Shown here piece after piece: positions 38,086 through 47,400 of a stretch of 64,000 bases of DNA (its first letter is position 1; each line of letters opens with the position of its first letter). The position numbers and the translations under genes are program-made. The DNA lies in contig OY730441.1 of assembly GCA_963422665.1 (NCBI GenBank), positions 2,466,489 through 2,530,488 of the forward strand, given 5' to 3'. The notes beneath the pieces are model-generated. The model made no database searches. It was not told the origin of the DNA and worked only from the letters and a program-made list of their open reading frames with translations. Source of the stretch: Alphaproteobacteria bacterium (GTDB taxonomy: Bacteria; Pseudomonadota; Alphaproteobacteria; Bin95).

Positions 38086-39899
38086 CCGCCAGCCTCCCGG
38101 GCCGCGCCGGCTGCCGCCGGAGAGACCGCATCCCGGAGGGCCGGGTGCGCCGGGGCCGCATTGCCGCTCTCGACCTTCGCGACAGGCCCGCCGGCCGGGA
38201 ACCCGGCGCCGAGCCTCCGCTCCGATATGCCGAGCGGCGTCCCGATATCGGCCGTCACCAGCAGCGCCGTCTCGACCCGCGCGATATCCGTGTCCGCGCC
38301 GCCCTCCGGCAGCGGCACCGCCGGATGGAACGTGCCCGACCGCTCGCCCGACGACGACCGGTCGCGGAAGCCCGTGAGGAGAAGCGTCTCGCCCCTCGCG
38401 ATACGCTGCGTCACCACGATCGCGCGCCGACCGCCCGACGGAAGCTGGATCCGGTTGCCCGCAGCCCCGAAGGCCGCGAACTCCGGACGGTCCTGAATGG
38501 TGGCCGTAATACGAGCCAGGACCTCGTCCGGCGCCACGATCCGTGCGACGAAACTCAGCCCGAAGCCGGACGACACCGTTCCCGGCGTCAGCTCCACCGC
38601 CCACACGCCGTCCTCGATCGTGGTGCTGACCTTCTGCAGATACGCCTGGTCGAACAGGTCGTAGAACTGCGCCGGGCGCCCGTTCAGGGTCGGCACATCC
38701 ACCGACAGCACCCGCGAGGCCGTGCCGACCTTGCGGAGCGCATTCACTGTCGCGCGCAGGCTCGAGGCCCCGACCGATGTCGGCTTCACCACGGAAATCG
38801 TGCCGCCGTCGAAGCCGACCACGAAGTTGGACCCGAACGCCTCCGGCAGGATGCCCGTCAGCCCCACTTCGTAGTCCGAGCCCTTGTCGAAGCGCACCGA
38901 GTAGAGATGCACCGAGAGCGTCACCGGGCGCAGCACATGCCGGTTCACATGCTCCAGATAGGCCCGCACCCGCTCGACCGCACGCGGCAGGCCGGTCGCC
39001 GTCACCGTCGCGGACGCCGCCGAAACCGAGACCGTCCCTTCCGGGCCCGCCGCCGCAACCGCCTGCGGGCCGATCTCCTGCCAGGGGTCGTAGGTCATCT
39101 CCGAGGAGATCGACTGCGACGAGGATCCGGCCGTCGCTTCGCCGCCCGCGCCGACCGTCGTCGTGGTCACATTGTATTTCTGGCTGCCGAGCAGGGCATG
39201 GACGGCGAAGATGCGCGTCTCGGAGCGCACGACCTCGACGGTCGCGGTCCCGTCATCGTATTGCCACCGGTAGCCCCCAGCCTGCGTCCAAGCGTCCAGC
39301 AATCGGTCGAGCGGACCCGACCACACGCCGGCCTCGCCCGCCAGCTCGTCGGACCAGGACGAGAGCCAGCCCGAGACGAAGCCGCTTCTGTTGAACGCGG
39401 CTCGAACGCGTGCGTCACCCGACGCTTCCCCCGCCTGCGCCCCGCTCTGGACTTCGATGCCCGCCTCGACGCCGGCCAGGCTCTCGCCCGTGCCCAGCCA
39501 TTCGGCCCCGACCAGCCGGACTTCGATCCCGGCTGCATCCGATATCCGCCGCGCCAGCACCTCGTCGCCCGGCTCGTCGCCCAGCGTGACCACGATCCCG
39601 GTCTCCGAGCGCAGGTCCTCGGGCAGGAGAGAGCGATCCTCCGCCACCGGCCGCAGCGCCAGATAGGGGTCCCTGGATTGCGTGAGAGAGCGGAAGCCGG
39701 GCCTGTCCGGCTCCAGCGAGCCGACCGAACCCAGACGGGCCTCTACGGACGCTGCGTCCCGCGCGACCTCAGCCTGGTCGAACCAGCCGCAGCCGCCAAG
39801 CAGGACAGCACCCAGCGACAGCGAAAGCAGCATGCTTCCGACACGCGCCGATGACGGCCTGTTGACAACATGCGGCGAATCCAACAGCTTCCCTCCCAT
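38082..39899 (-). CDS. Lipoprotein secretin (PilN of R64/BfpB-like)
   Basis: lipobox LSLGAVLLGGC; C-terminal secretin domain ...VPTLNGRPAQFYDLFDQAY...ETALLVTADIGTPLG; first gene of the minus-strand cluster. Confidence 0.65.
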   Translation of the reverse strand: MGGKLLDSPHVVNRPSSARVGSMLLSLSLGAVLLGGCGWFDQAEVARDAASVEARLGSVGSLEPDRPGFRSLTQSRDPYLALRPVAEDRSLLPEDLRSETGIVVTLGDEPGDEVLARRISDAAGIEVRLVGAEWLGTGESLAGVEAGIEVQSGAQAGEASGDARVRAAFNRSGFVSGWLSSWSDELAGEAGVWSGPLDRLLDAWTQAGGYRWQYDDGTATVEVVRSETRIFAVHALLGSQKYNVTTTTVGAGGEATAGSSSQSISSEMTYDPWQEIGPQAVAAAGPEGTVSVSAASATVTATGLPRAVERVRAYLEHVNRHVLRPVTLSVHLYSVRFDKGSDYEVGLTGILPEAFGSNFVVGFDGGTISVVKPTSVGASSLRATVNALRKVGTASRVLSVDVPTLNGRPAQFYDLFDQAYLQKVSTTIEDGVWAVELTPGTVSSGFGLSFVARIVAPDEVLARITATIQDRPEFAAFGAAGNRIQLPSGGRRAIVVTQRIARGETLLLTGFRDRSSSGERSGTFHPAVPLPEGGADTDIARVETALLVTADIGTPLGISERRLGAGFPAGGPVAKVESGNAAPAHPALRDAVSPAAAGAAREAGG

Positions 39900-39939
39900 G
39901 CGTTCCTGCTGGGAAAACTGTGGTGGTAGGAAAACGCTG

Positions 39940-40536
39940 GGCGACCCGCCCGACTACGAACCGCCGGCGGAGCGCAGCATCGCCGGGCTGGCCGGCGGCG
40001 GCGATCCGCGCGCGGCGCTCCTCGACGCCATGCTGGCCGACGGGGGCCGGGCGCTGATCTACTTCCCGCTGCTCGGCTATGCCGACGGCGATTTCGAGAT
40101 GCTGCGCACGGTGCTGGAGCATCCGTTGTCCATGCTCAGCCTCTCGGACGGCGGCGCCCATTGCGGGCTTATCTGCGACGCCAGTTCGCCCACCTACATG
40201 CTGAGCTACTGGGCGCGCGACCGGCAGCGGGGGCCGCAACTGGCGCTCGAACACGCCGTCAGGCTCCAGACGAGGGGCACGGCGGAGGCCTACGGGCTGA
40301 ACGACCGCGGCCTCCTGCGCGCGGGCTTCAAGGCCGACCTCAACCTGATCGACTTCGACGCGCTCCACCTGCATGCGCCCGTCATGGTGCGCGACCTGCC
40401 GGCCGGCGGACGGCGCCTGGTGCAGCGCGCCGACGGCTATGTCGCCACCTTCGTCTCGGGCGAGGCGGCCTGGGAGCGGGGCGAGGCGACGGGCGCCATG
40501 CCGGGCCGCCTGCTGCGCGGCCCACAGGCGGCGTGA
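39940..40536 (+). pseudogene. 3-prime remnant (~200 aa) of an N-acyl-D-amino-acid deacylase (D-aminoacylase) gene truncated by the island
   Basis: C-terminal amidohydrolase-3 region ...GFKADLNLIDFDALHLHAPVMVRD...; N-terminal ~280 aa absent, frame runs straight into the secretin gene. Confidence 0.55.
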
Positions 40537-40558
40537 CGGCGCGGGGAATGCTGCGGTC

Positions 40559-41164
40559 ATGATCAGGGCAGCCGATCTCGATCATTTCGTCCGTGCGCTC
40601 GGCCGCGCCGTGCGGGAGGCGGCGGCGCCGGGCGGGCCGGAGGCCGCGCTGGCGGCGCGCATATTCGAGGCGCTGGAAACGCCCGGCAGACCGCCGCCCG
40701 CCGGTGTGCGCCCGCGCCGCCCGGTCCCGGCAGCCGCGCTGGACGCCGCCTTCGCGCTTGCCGCCAGGGGGCCGGAGCCGGTGCAGCATGTGGCGGGCGC
40801 GCTCCGGGCGATGGACCCCCGGCTCGCCTGGGGTCCGCGGCTCGGCAGCGAGGACGGCGACCCCGCCTTTCGGGACGCCCACGCCAATGCTGTGGTGGCG
40901 GGCGCGGACGGGCTGGAACGGCGCGAGGACGTGCGCATCGGGGTGAGCCTCGTCGCGCCGCATACCGACTATGTGAAGCACAACCATCCGCCGGAGGAGC
41001 TCTATTTCGTGCTCGCGCCCGGCGACTGGTGGCGCGAGGACCTGGGCTGGCGGGCGCGGCCGGCGGGCGGCATCCAGCACAACCCGCCCCATGCGTGGCA
41101 CGCCATGCGCACGGACGAAACGCCGCTGCTCGCCGTCTGGTGCCTGTGGACGGCGGGCGCCTGA
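40559..41164 (+). CDS. Cupin-fold protein (DMSP-lyase-like cupin?)
   Basis: HTDYVKHNHPPEELYFVLAPGDWW ... HNPPHAWHAMRTDETPLLAVWCLW; 201 aa. Confidence 0.45.
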   Translation: MIRAADLDHFVRALGRAVREAAAPGGPEAALAARIFEALETPGRPPPAGVRPRRPVPAAALDAAFALAARGPEPVQHVAGALRAMDPRLAWGPRLGSEDGDPAFRDAHANAVVAGADGLERREDVRIGVSLVAPHTDYVKHNHPPEELYFVLAPGDWWREDLGWRARPAGGIQHNPPHAWHAMRTDETPLLAVWCLWTAGA

Positions 41165-41193
41165 CGTCCGGGCCAGGAGGGAACGGGGGAATC

Positions 41194-42783
41194 GTGGCGG
41201 AGCAATTCGACGCCATCGTGGTTGGCGCGGGGTTCGCCGGCATGTACATGCTGCACCGGCTGCGCGGACTCGGCATGCGGACGGTCGTGCTGGAGGCCGG
41301 CGGCGATGTCGGCGGCACTTGGTACTGGAACCGTTATCCGGGCGCGCGCTGCGATGTGGAGAGCGTCCAGTATTCCTACCAGTTCGACGCCAGGCTGCAG
41401 CAGGAATGGACCTGGACCGAGCGCTACGCGGCGCAGCCGGAAATCCTGGCCTATGCCAACCATGTCGCGGACCGCTTCGACCTGCGCCGCGACATTCGCT
41501 TCGACACGCGGGTCGCAGCCGCCGTTTTCGACGAGGCGGAAACCCGCTGGGAGCTGGAGACCGAGGCGGGCGAATGGCTCCGGGCGCGCTGGTGCGTCAT
41601 GGCGCTCGGCTGCCTTTCGGCCGCCAACCTCCCCGACTTCGAGGGCCGCGAGAGCTTCCAGGGGCCGACTTACCACACCGGCCATTGGCCGCATGAAGGC
41701 GTCGATCTGGCCGGGAAGCGCGTGGCGGTGATCGGCACGGGCTCATCCGCGATCCAGTCGATCCCCATTCTGGCCGGCGAGGCCCGGCGGCTGACCGTGT
41801 TTCAGCGCACGGCCAACTATTCCATCCCGGCGCATAACCGCCCGCTCCCGCCAGACTTCGTGGCGGAGGTGAAGGCGCACTATCCGGAGCTCCGCGCCCG
41901 CGCGCGCTCGATGCCGTCCGGGATCGACCTCGACTACCGGCCGCTGCCCGCGCTCGGGACCCCGGAAGAGGAGCGCGAAGCCGAATTCGAGCGGCGCTGG
42001 GCGCATGGCGGGCTGTCCTTCCTCGGCTGCTTCGCCGACCTCCTGTTCAAGGAGGAGGCCAACCGCATAGCGGCCGATTTCGTGCGCGCAAAGATCGCCG
42101 ACATCGTGGACGACCCCGAGACTGCCCGGCTGCTCGCGCCGACGAACATCATCGGCTGCAAGCGGCTCTGCGTGGATACCGGCTATTACGAGACCTTCAA
42201 TCGGGCGAATGTCGAACTCGTCGATGTTTCCGAGCATCCTGTCGAGGCGGTCACGCCGGGCGGCGTGCGGGCGCACGGGCGGGAGTGGCCGGCGGACGCC
42301 ATCGTGTTCGCCACCGGCTTCGACGCCATGACGGGCGCGCTGGAGCGCATCGACATTCGCGGCGCGGGCGGGCGCCGGCTGCGCGACGCCTGGGAAGAGG
42401 GGCCGCGCAGCTATCTCGGCCTCACGGTTGCCGGCTTCCCCAACCTCTTCACCGTGACCGGCCCCGGCAGCCCCTCGGTGCTGACCAACATGCTGCCCTC
42501 CATCGAGCAGCATGTGGACTGGATCGCCGACTGCCTTGCCGCGATGAAGGACCGGGGCGCCCGGCGGATGGAGGCGGAGCCGGAGGCCCAGGACGCCTGG
42601 GTGAAGCATGCCGGAGAGGCCGCTTCGCTCTCGCTGCGCTCCACCTGTTCGAGCTGGTATGTCGGCGCCAATGTGCCCGAAAAGCCGCGCGTCTTCATGC
42701 CCTATATCGGCGGCCTGCCGGCCTATATCGAGAAATGCGACGCGGTCGCCGCCGCCGGCTATGAGGGCTTCCGGATCGAATAG
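41194..42783 (+). CDS. Baeyer-Villiger monooxygenase (flavin-dependent, cyclohexanone-monooxygenase family)
   Basis: FAD fingerprint [14 protein letters not shown]; BVMO motif [15 protein letters not shown]; second Rossmann [10 protein letters not shown]; probable GTG start after AGGAGG. Confidence 0.85.
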   Translation: MAEQFDAIVVGAGFAGMYMLHRLRGLGMRTVVLEAGGDVGGTWYWNRYPGARCDVESVQYSYQFDARLQQEWTWTERYAAQPEILAYANHVADRFDLRRDIRFDTRVAAAVFDEAETRWELETEAGEWLRARWCVMALGCLSAANLPDFEGRESFQGPTYHTGHWPHEGVDLAGKRVAVIGTGSSAIQSIPILAGEARRLTVFQRTANYSIPAHNRPLPPDFVAEVKAHYPELRARARSMPSGIDLDYRPLPALGTPEEEREAEFERRWAHGGLSFLGCFADLLFKEEANRIAADFVRAKIADIVDDPETARLLAPTNIIGCKRLCVDTGYYETFNRANVELVDVSEHPVEAVTPGGVRAHGREWPADAIVFATGFDAMTGALERIDIRGAGGRRLRDAWEEGPRSYLGLTVAGFPNLFTVTGPGSPSVLTNMLPSIEQHVDWIADCLAAMKDRGARRMEAEPEAQDAWVKHAGEAASLSLRSTCSSWYVGANVPEKPRVFMPYIGGLPAYIEKCDAVAAAGYEGFRIE

Positions 42784-42830
42784 CCCGCCAGCGCTTGACC
42801 CACGGCGCCGGCGAGGCCAGTCTGCCGGAC

Positions 42831-43226
42831 ATGGCGCGCGCGCTCGGACCGGCCCTCGGCAACGGCATCCGCCGGCGTTGCCCCGCTTGCGGCCGGGGCG
42901 CGCTGTTTGCCGGCTATCTGCGCCCCGTGGCGGCCTGCGGCGGCTGCGGCGAGGCACTCGGCCATATCCGCGCCGACGACTTTCCGCCCTATATCGCCAT
43001 TCTGGTTGCAGGCCATGTCGTCGTCCCGCTCATCCTGTTCGCCGAGCAGACCTGGGCGCCGGCGCTCTGGCTGCAGATGCTGGTCTGGCCCACGCTGGCG
43101 CTGGCGCTCATCGCCCTGCTGCTGCCGGCGGCGAAGGGCGGCGTGCTGGCGGCGATGTGGGCGCTCGGCATCGCCGGGGACGAACGCCAGGAGGATCCCG
43201 GCGGCCGGGGCGGGCGGCGGCCGTGA
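42831..43226 (+). CDS. DUF983 zinc-ribbon membrane protein
   Basis: [10 protein letters not shown]...CGGCGE then 2 TM helices. Confidence 0.55.
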   Translation: MARALGPALGNGIRRRCPACGRGALFAGYLRPVAACGGCGEALGHIRADDFPPYIAILVAGHVVVPLILFAEQTWAPALWLQMLVWPTLALALIALLLPAAKGGVLAAMWALGIAGDERQEDPGGRGGRRP

Positions 43227-43663
43227 CCTTCTGGCGCGAGAAGCGACTCGACGAGATGACGGCGGAGGAGTGGGAGTCGCTTTGCGACGGCTGCGGCAAA
43301 TGCTGCCTGCTCAAGATCGAGTGGGCGGATACGGGCGAGATCGAGCCGACCTGCGTCGCCTGCCGGCTGCTCGACCCGGAGAGCTGCCGCTGCACCGACT
43401 ATCCCGGCCGCAAGGCCCGCGTGCCGGACTGCATCCAGCTCTCGCCCGGCAATATTGCGGAGATCGCCTGGATGCCGTCGAACTGCGCCTACCGCCTGCT
43501 GCATGAGGGCAAGGACCTCTACTGGTGGCATCCGCTGGTCTCCGGAGACCCGCAGACCGTCCATCTCGCCCAGATGTCGGTGCGCGGCAAGGTGATTTCC
43601 GAGGACGAAGCCGGGACCGAACAGGAAGACCTGGAACGCCATATTGTCGACTGGGCGCTATAG
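43223..43663 (+). CDS. ycgN: YcgN family (UPF0260) Fe-S protein
   Basis: [28 protein letters not shown]...[16 protein letters not shown] matches E. coli YcgN nearly motif for motif; GTG start in GTGA overlap. Confidence 0.8.
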   Translation: MTFWREKRLDEMTAEEWESLCDGCGKCCLLKIEWADTGEIEPTCVACRLLDPESCRCTDYPGRKARVPDCIQLSPGNIAEIAWMPSNCAYRLLHEGKDLYWWHPLVSGDPQTVHLAQMSVRGKVISEDEAGTEQEDLERHIVDWAL

Positions 43664-44354
43664 AGAAGTCAGGGTCGGCGGGCGCGAGGTCCGGGTCGCC
43701 GTCCGGCGCAACCCGCGCGCGCGGCGCATCTCGCTCAGCATCCGGGGCGGCGAAGTCCGGCTGACGCTGCCGCCGGGCGCCAGCGAGGCGACGGGCCTCG
43801 CGTTCCTCCGGAGCCGCGGAGACTGGGTCGCGGGCCGGTTGCGGGAAGCGCCGGCCCCGGTGCCTTTCGAACCCGGCGAGACCGTGCCATTTCGGGGCAA
43901 GCCGCGCCGACTCCGGCTCGACCCGTCGCTGCGGGACTCGCTCAGGCTTGAAGAAGACCGCATCCTGCTGGCGAGCCCGGTCGGGTGCTCCCGGCTGGTG
44001 GAAGGCTGGCTGCGGCATGAAGCGCGGCGCGCCTTCGCGGAAGCCGTTGGCCGCCATGCCGCCGCCCTGGGCGTCGAGCCGCGCGGCATTTCCATCCGGG
44101 ACCAGAAGACGCGCTGGGGCAGCGCCAGCGCCGCCGGGCGGCTCAACTTCTCCTGGCGCGCGGTCATGGCCCCGCCCTTCGTGCTGGACTATCTCGCCGC
44201 GCATGAGGTCGCCCACCTCCGCGAGATGAACCACGGCCCCCGCTTCTGGAGCCTCTGCCGCCGCCTCTGCCCGGAAACCGACGCCGCCGAACGCTGGCTC
44301 AAGACCGAAGGCCGCGGGCTGCACCGCTACGGGCGCGGACCGGCGGCCCGGTGA
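43644..44354 (+). CDS. ygjP: YgjP-like M48 family metal-dependent hydrolase (DUF45)
   Basis: [11 protein letters not shown] zinc motif; 236 aa. Confidence 0.75.
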   Translation: MSTGRYREVRVGGREVRVAVRRNPRARRISLSIRGGEVRLTLPPGASEATGLAFLRSRGDWVAGRLREAPAPVPFEPGETVPFRGKPRRLRLDPSLRDSLRLEEDRILLASPVGCSRLVEGWLRHEARRAFAEAVGRHAAALGVEPRGISIRDQKTRWGSASAAGRLNFSWRAVMAPPFVLDYLAAHEVAHLREMNHGPRFWSLCRRLCPETDAAERWLKTEGRGLHRYGRGPAAR

Positions 44355-44836
44355 GCGCACAGCGCCGCGACCCTTCTTCCTGCCCCCGCTTGCGCCCCTC
44401 AAACCCTCGAAGCCCGCCTCCCCCGATTCGGGGAAGCGCGGAACCCGGCCGGACCTTGCTCCGGACCGGCTGCAAATAAGGGACCGGCGCCGAAGCACCG
44501 GCCCGGATGCGGGAGGGAGGAAGAGGCGACAGAACGCCTGGAACGGGCTCCTGTCCACATCCGCAAGCGCCTCGCCGCCGTCGGAACCGGATGCCGGTGT
44601 CTGCGGCGGCGGCGGTCGCGGTCCTGTGCTGGATGGTTGCTGCAAAGTTGCCCCGAGCCTCGCCAGGGTTTCCTGTCTGTCTCCAGGGCATCTGGGCCGT
44701 ATGCAGCCGAGAGGCGGCCGCTCCGGTTGTGAAAGCAGCGCCAATATACGGGATGCCGGGTCCGATGGTGAGGTCGCCACCCGTTACTTGGCCCGGATTG
44801 CGGACAGCGGTGGCGGTCTCGGTCTGCGCCCGGGCG

Positions 44837-45154
44837 TCAGGCGGCCCTGGAAGGCGGATCGCCGGGCGGCGGCTCCGGCAGGGGCGTCAGGTCGCGGCGC
44901 ATGAACACCGCCTCGAGCAGCCCCTCGATACGCGCCACCCGGTCCCGCAACTCGTTCATCTCGCCGCGCAACCCGCTTATTTCGTTGCGTATTTCTTCGC
45001 GCAACCCGTTCATCTCGCCGCGCATTTCTTCGCGCAACCCGCTTATCTCGTCGCGCATCTCACTGCGTAGTGCGCGTATGTCCTGCCGCAACCATGCGAA
45101 CAGACCCAGGATAAGCGCCCCGAGTGCGACGAAACCGGCGAGATTAGCCTCCAT
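44837..45154 (-). CDS. Small membrane-anchored coiled-coil protein with 11-residue tandem repeats
   Basis: N-terminal TM AGFVALGALILGLFAWL then RSEMRDEISGL-REEMRGEMNGL-REEIRNEISGL-RGEMNELRDRV encoded by ~33-nt DNA tandem repeats. Confidence 0.5.
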   Translation of the reverse strand: MEANLAGFVALGALILGLFAWLRQDIRALRSEMRDEISGLREEMRGEMNGLREEIRNEISGLRGEMNELRDRVARIEGLLEAVFMRRDLTPLPEPPPGDPPSRAA

Positions 45155-45629
45155 CCGTCAACCCTAACGCCGATGCGCCGCCCTGTCCACGCCCTCATCC
45201 GCTACCCCGGTCTCCGGGATGGGACGGGGAAACGGGGAGCCAGAATATTCACTTTTTGTTTCGTTCGGGGCTTGACTGGAGAGAAAATGTGCTGGAATAG
45301 TCCTGAGAGTCGATGCTTCCGGGGCCGCGTCTCTCGCTTCCGAAAACTCTGTCCGAAACGCGCGCTCACGCCCGCCCACGCCCGCGATACGCGCGAAACA
45401 GGCTCGCCCCCGAGCAGGGCGGCAACGAAACCAGGGAGATGACGCCCCATGCCCGATGCGACCGCCGAACGCCCCGCCCGCCAGACCGCCTGCGCGCCGC
45501 CGGACCATGACAGAACATGACACTTCATGACACTTCGCGGGAGGTGTCTCCAGCAAGGCCGGGCCGGGACAGCCTCCCGCCCCGACCCCCCGCCTCCACC
45601 GCCGCGGCGAAGACGCCCGAATGGCGCCG

Positions 45630-46337
45630 TCAGGGATTCGGCGCCGGCCTGCCTTCCGGATCGAGCCGGACCAGCATGTCCGCATGGTCCCGGAGCGCGG
45701 CGCCCCCTTTTGGCGTCAGGGCATAGATGCCGGAAGAAGCGCCGTCGGGCCGCTCGAACCATCCATAGTGGTCGGCATACATGATGGCCCTGGCGCGGGG
45801 CACGCCCGCGGCCCTGGCGACCGCCGCCGCCTTCGTCGGGCCGTTCCGCTGCAGGCAGGCGGCGCAACGCAGCGCGTCCTGCCGGTATGCCGTCATCAGT
45901 GCGCGCCGGGTGGAGCCGCCCGCATTCGGGTCGCCGACGCGCCGCTGGAACTCCCGCAGCAGCCGCCCCGCCGCGCGCTTTCTGAGGCGCGGGCGATAGG
46001 GGGCGGGATCCAGCAGCGCCTCCACCGCCGGTTCGGATCCCGGCCGCACCGCGAGCAGCCCCAGGCCGAGCCGGCGGCAGAGCGCCAGCGCATCGCGCCG
46101 CCGCGGCGTGCGGCCGGAGAACGGCGGCACGGCGAGATAGACACGGTCGGAAAGATCCTGCCGCGCAATGCCCTGAAGAACCAGCGGCAGCGAGAACCGC
46201 GTCTTCATCTCGACGATGACGGGCGGCTCGTCCCCGCGCACTGCCGCAATGTCGCACCCCTCGACCTCGCCCTTGACCGCGTAGCCCTGCGCTTCGAGAA
46301 ACGCCTTCAAGGGCGGATACAGCGCGGTCTCGCGCAT
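45630..46337 (-). CDS. DUF2161-like conserved alphaproteobacterial protein
   Basis: MRETALYPPLKAFLEAQGYAVKGEVEGCDIAAVRGDEPPVIVEMKT...; longer ORF 45202..46503 is its antisense. Confidence 0.5.
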   Translation of the reverse strand: MRETALYPPLKAFLEAQGYAVKGEVEGCDIAAVRGDEPPVIVEMKTRFSLPLVLQGIARQDLSDRVYLAVPPFSGRTPRRRDALALCRRLGLGLLAVRPGSEPAVEALLDPAPYRPRLRKRAAGRLLREFQRRVGDPNAGGSTRRALMTAYRQDALRCAACLQRNGPTKAAAVARAAGVPRARAIMYADHYGWFERPDGASSGIYALTPKGGAALRDHADMLVRLDPEGRPAPNP

Positions 46338-46364
46338 GCCCCGGTCCCGGGCGCGGCCGCCCCG

Positions 46365-47333
46365 CTAGAGCGACGCGCCATCCTCTTCCGCCGGCGCCGT
46401 CGCGCCCGTTTGCGCGGTGATGACGGCGTAGTGCTCCGGGCGGCGGTGGGCGGCGAAGTCGAAGATCGTCTCCTTGTTGAAACGGCCTTCCTCCAGGTCG
46501 CATTCACAGGCGATCACCTCATCCCCCAGCGTGTGCGCCTGGGCCACGATCTCCCCCGAGGGCGCGACAATGCAGCTGCCGCCCATCAGGTCGCAGCCTT
46601 CCTCATGGCCGGCCTTGGCGGCGCCGACCACCCAGCAGCCGTTCTGGTAGGCCCCGGCCTGCATGCTGAGATGGTTGTGCAGCATCCGCACATGGTGCGG
46701 CTCCGGCCCGAGCGCATTCGCGGCCGGCGTGTTGTAGCCGAGCATCACCAGCTCGACGCCCTTCATGCCCATCACCCGGAAGGTCTCCGGCCAGCGGCGG
46801 TCGTTGCAGAGCGCCATGCCCATCACGCCGCCCATCGTCCGCCAGACCGGGAAGCCGAGGTCGCCGACCTCGAAATAGCGTTTCTCCAGATGCTGCCAGG
46901 GCCGCGCCGGGTCGTATTCGCTGTGGCCGGGCAGATGCACCTTGCGGTATTTGCCGACGAGGCGCCCCTGCCGGTCCACGAGCACGGATGTATTGAAACG
47001 CCGTTCGCGCCCGTCTTCGCGGATGAGCTCCGCATAGCCGAGATAGAAGCCGACGCCCAGTTCGGCCGCGGCGTCGAACAGCGGCCGCGTCTCCGGCCCC
47101 GGCATCTCCGCTTCGTAGAAGGCGTCCAGCTCCGCGCGGTCCTCCATGAACCAGCGCGGGAAAAAAGTGGTGAGCGCGAGCTCGGGAAACACGACCAGCC
47201 GCGCGCCGCGCCCCTGCGCCTCGCGCATCATCCCGACGAGGCGCCCGACAACCCGCGAGCGCGGCTCGCTGCGGGCGACGGGACCCATCTGCGCGGCGGC
47301 GACGGTGAGTCTGCGCGGGGCGGCGTTCGGCAT
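46365..47333 (-). CDS. N-carbamoyl-D-amino-acid amidohydrolase (D-carbamoylase, CN-hydrolase family)
   Basis: near motif-for-motif match to Agrobacterium DCase: VFPELALTTFFPRW, EMPGP, FNTSVLVD, GKYRKVHLPGH, HLEKRYFE, CNDRRWPE, SMQAGAYQNG, CIVAPSGEIVA. Confidence 0.85.
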   Translation of the reverse strand: MPNAAPRRLTVAAAQMGPVARSEPRSRVVGRLVGMMREAQGRGARLVVFPELALTTFFPRWFMEDRAELDAFYEAEMPGPETRPLFDAAAELGVGFYLGYAELIREDGRERRFNTSVLVDRQGRLVGKYRKVHLPGHSEYDPARPWQHLEKRYFEVGDLGFPVWRTMGGVMGMALCNDRRWPETFRVMGMKGVELVMLGYNTPAANALGPEPHHVRMLHNHLSMQAGAYQNGCWVVGAAKAGHEEGCDLMGGSCIVAPSGEIVAQAHTLGDEVIACECDLEEGRFNKETIFDFAAHRRPEHYAVITAQTGATAPAEEDGASL

Positions 47334-47400
47334 GGGGCAGGGCTCCTTTCGGTGCTATAACCTCGCGCCGTCGCGAGGCCTCGGGAGGGCAAGTTCCCCC

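Noticed and set aside
45202-46503. 433-aa minus-strand ORF
   Set aside because: Out-of-frame overlap with the DUF2161-like gene (45630..46337) and the D-carbamoylase; Arg/Gly-rich.
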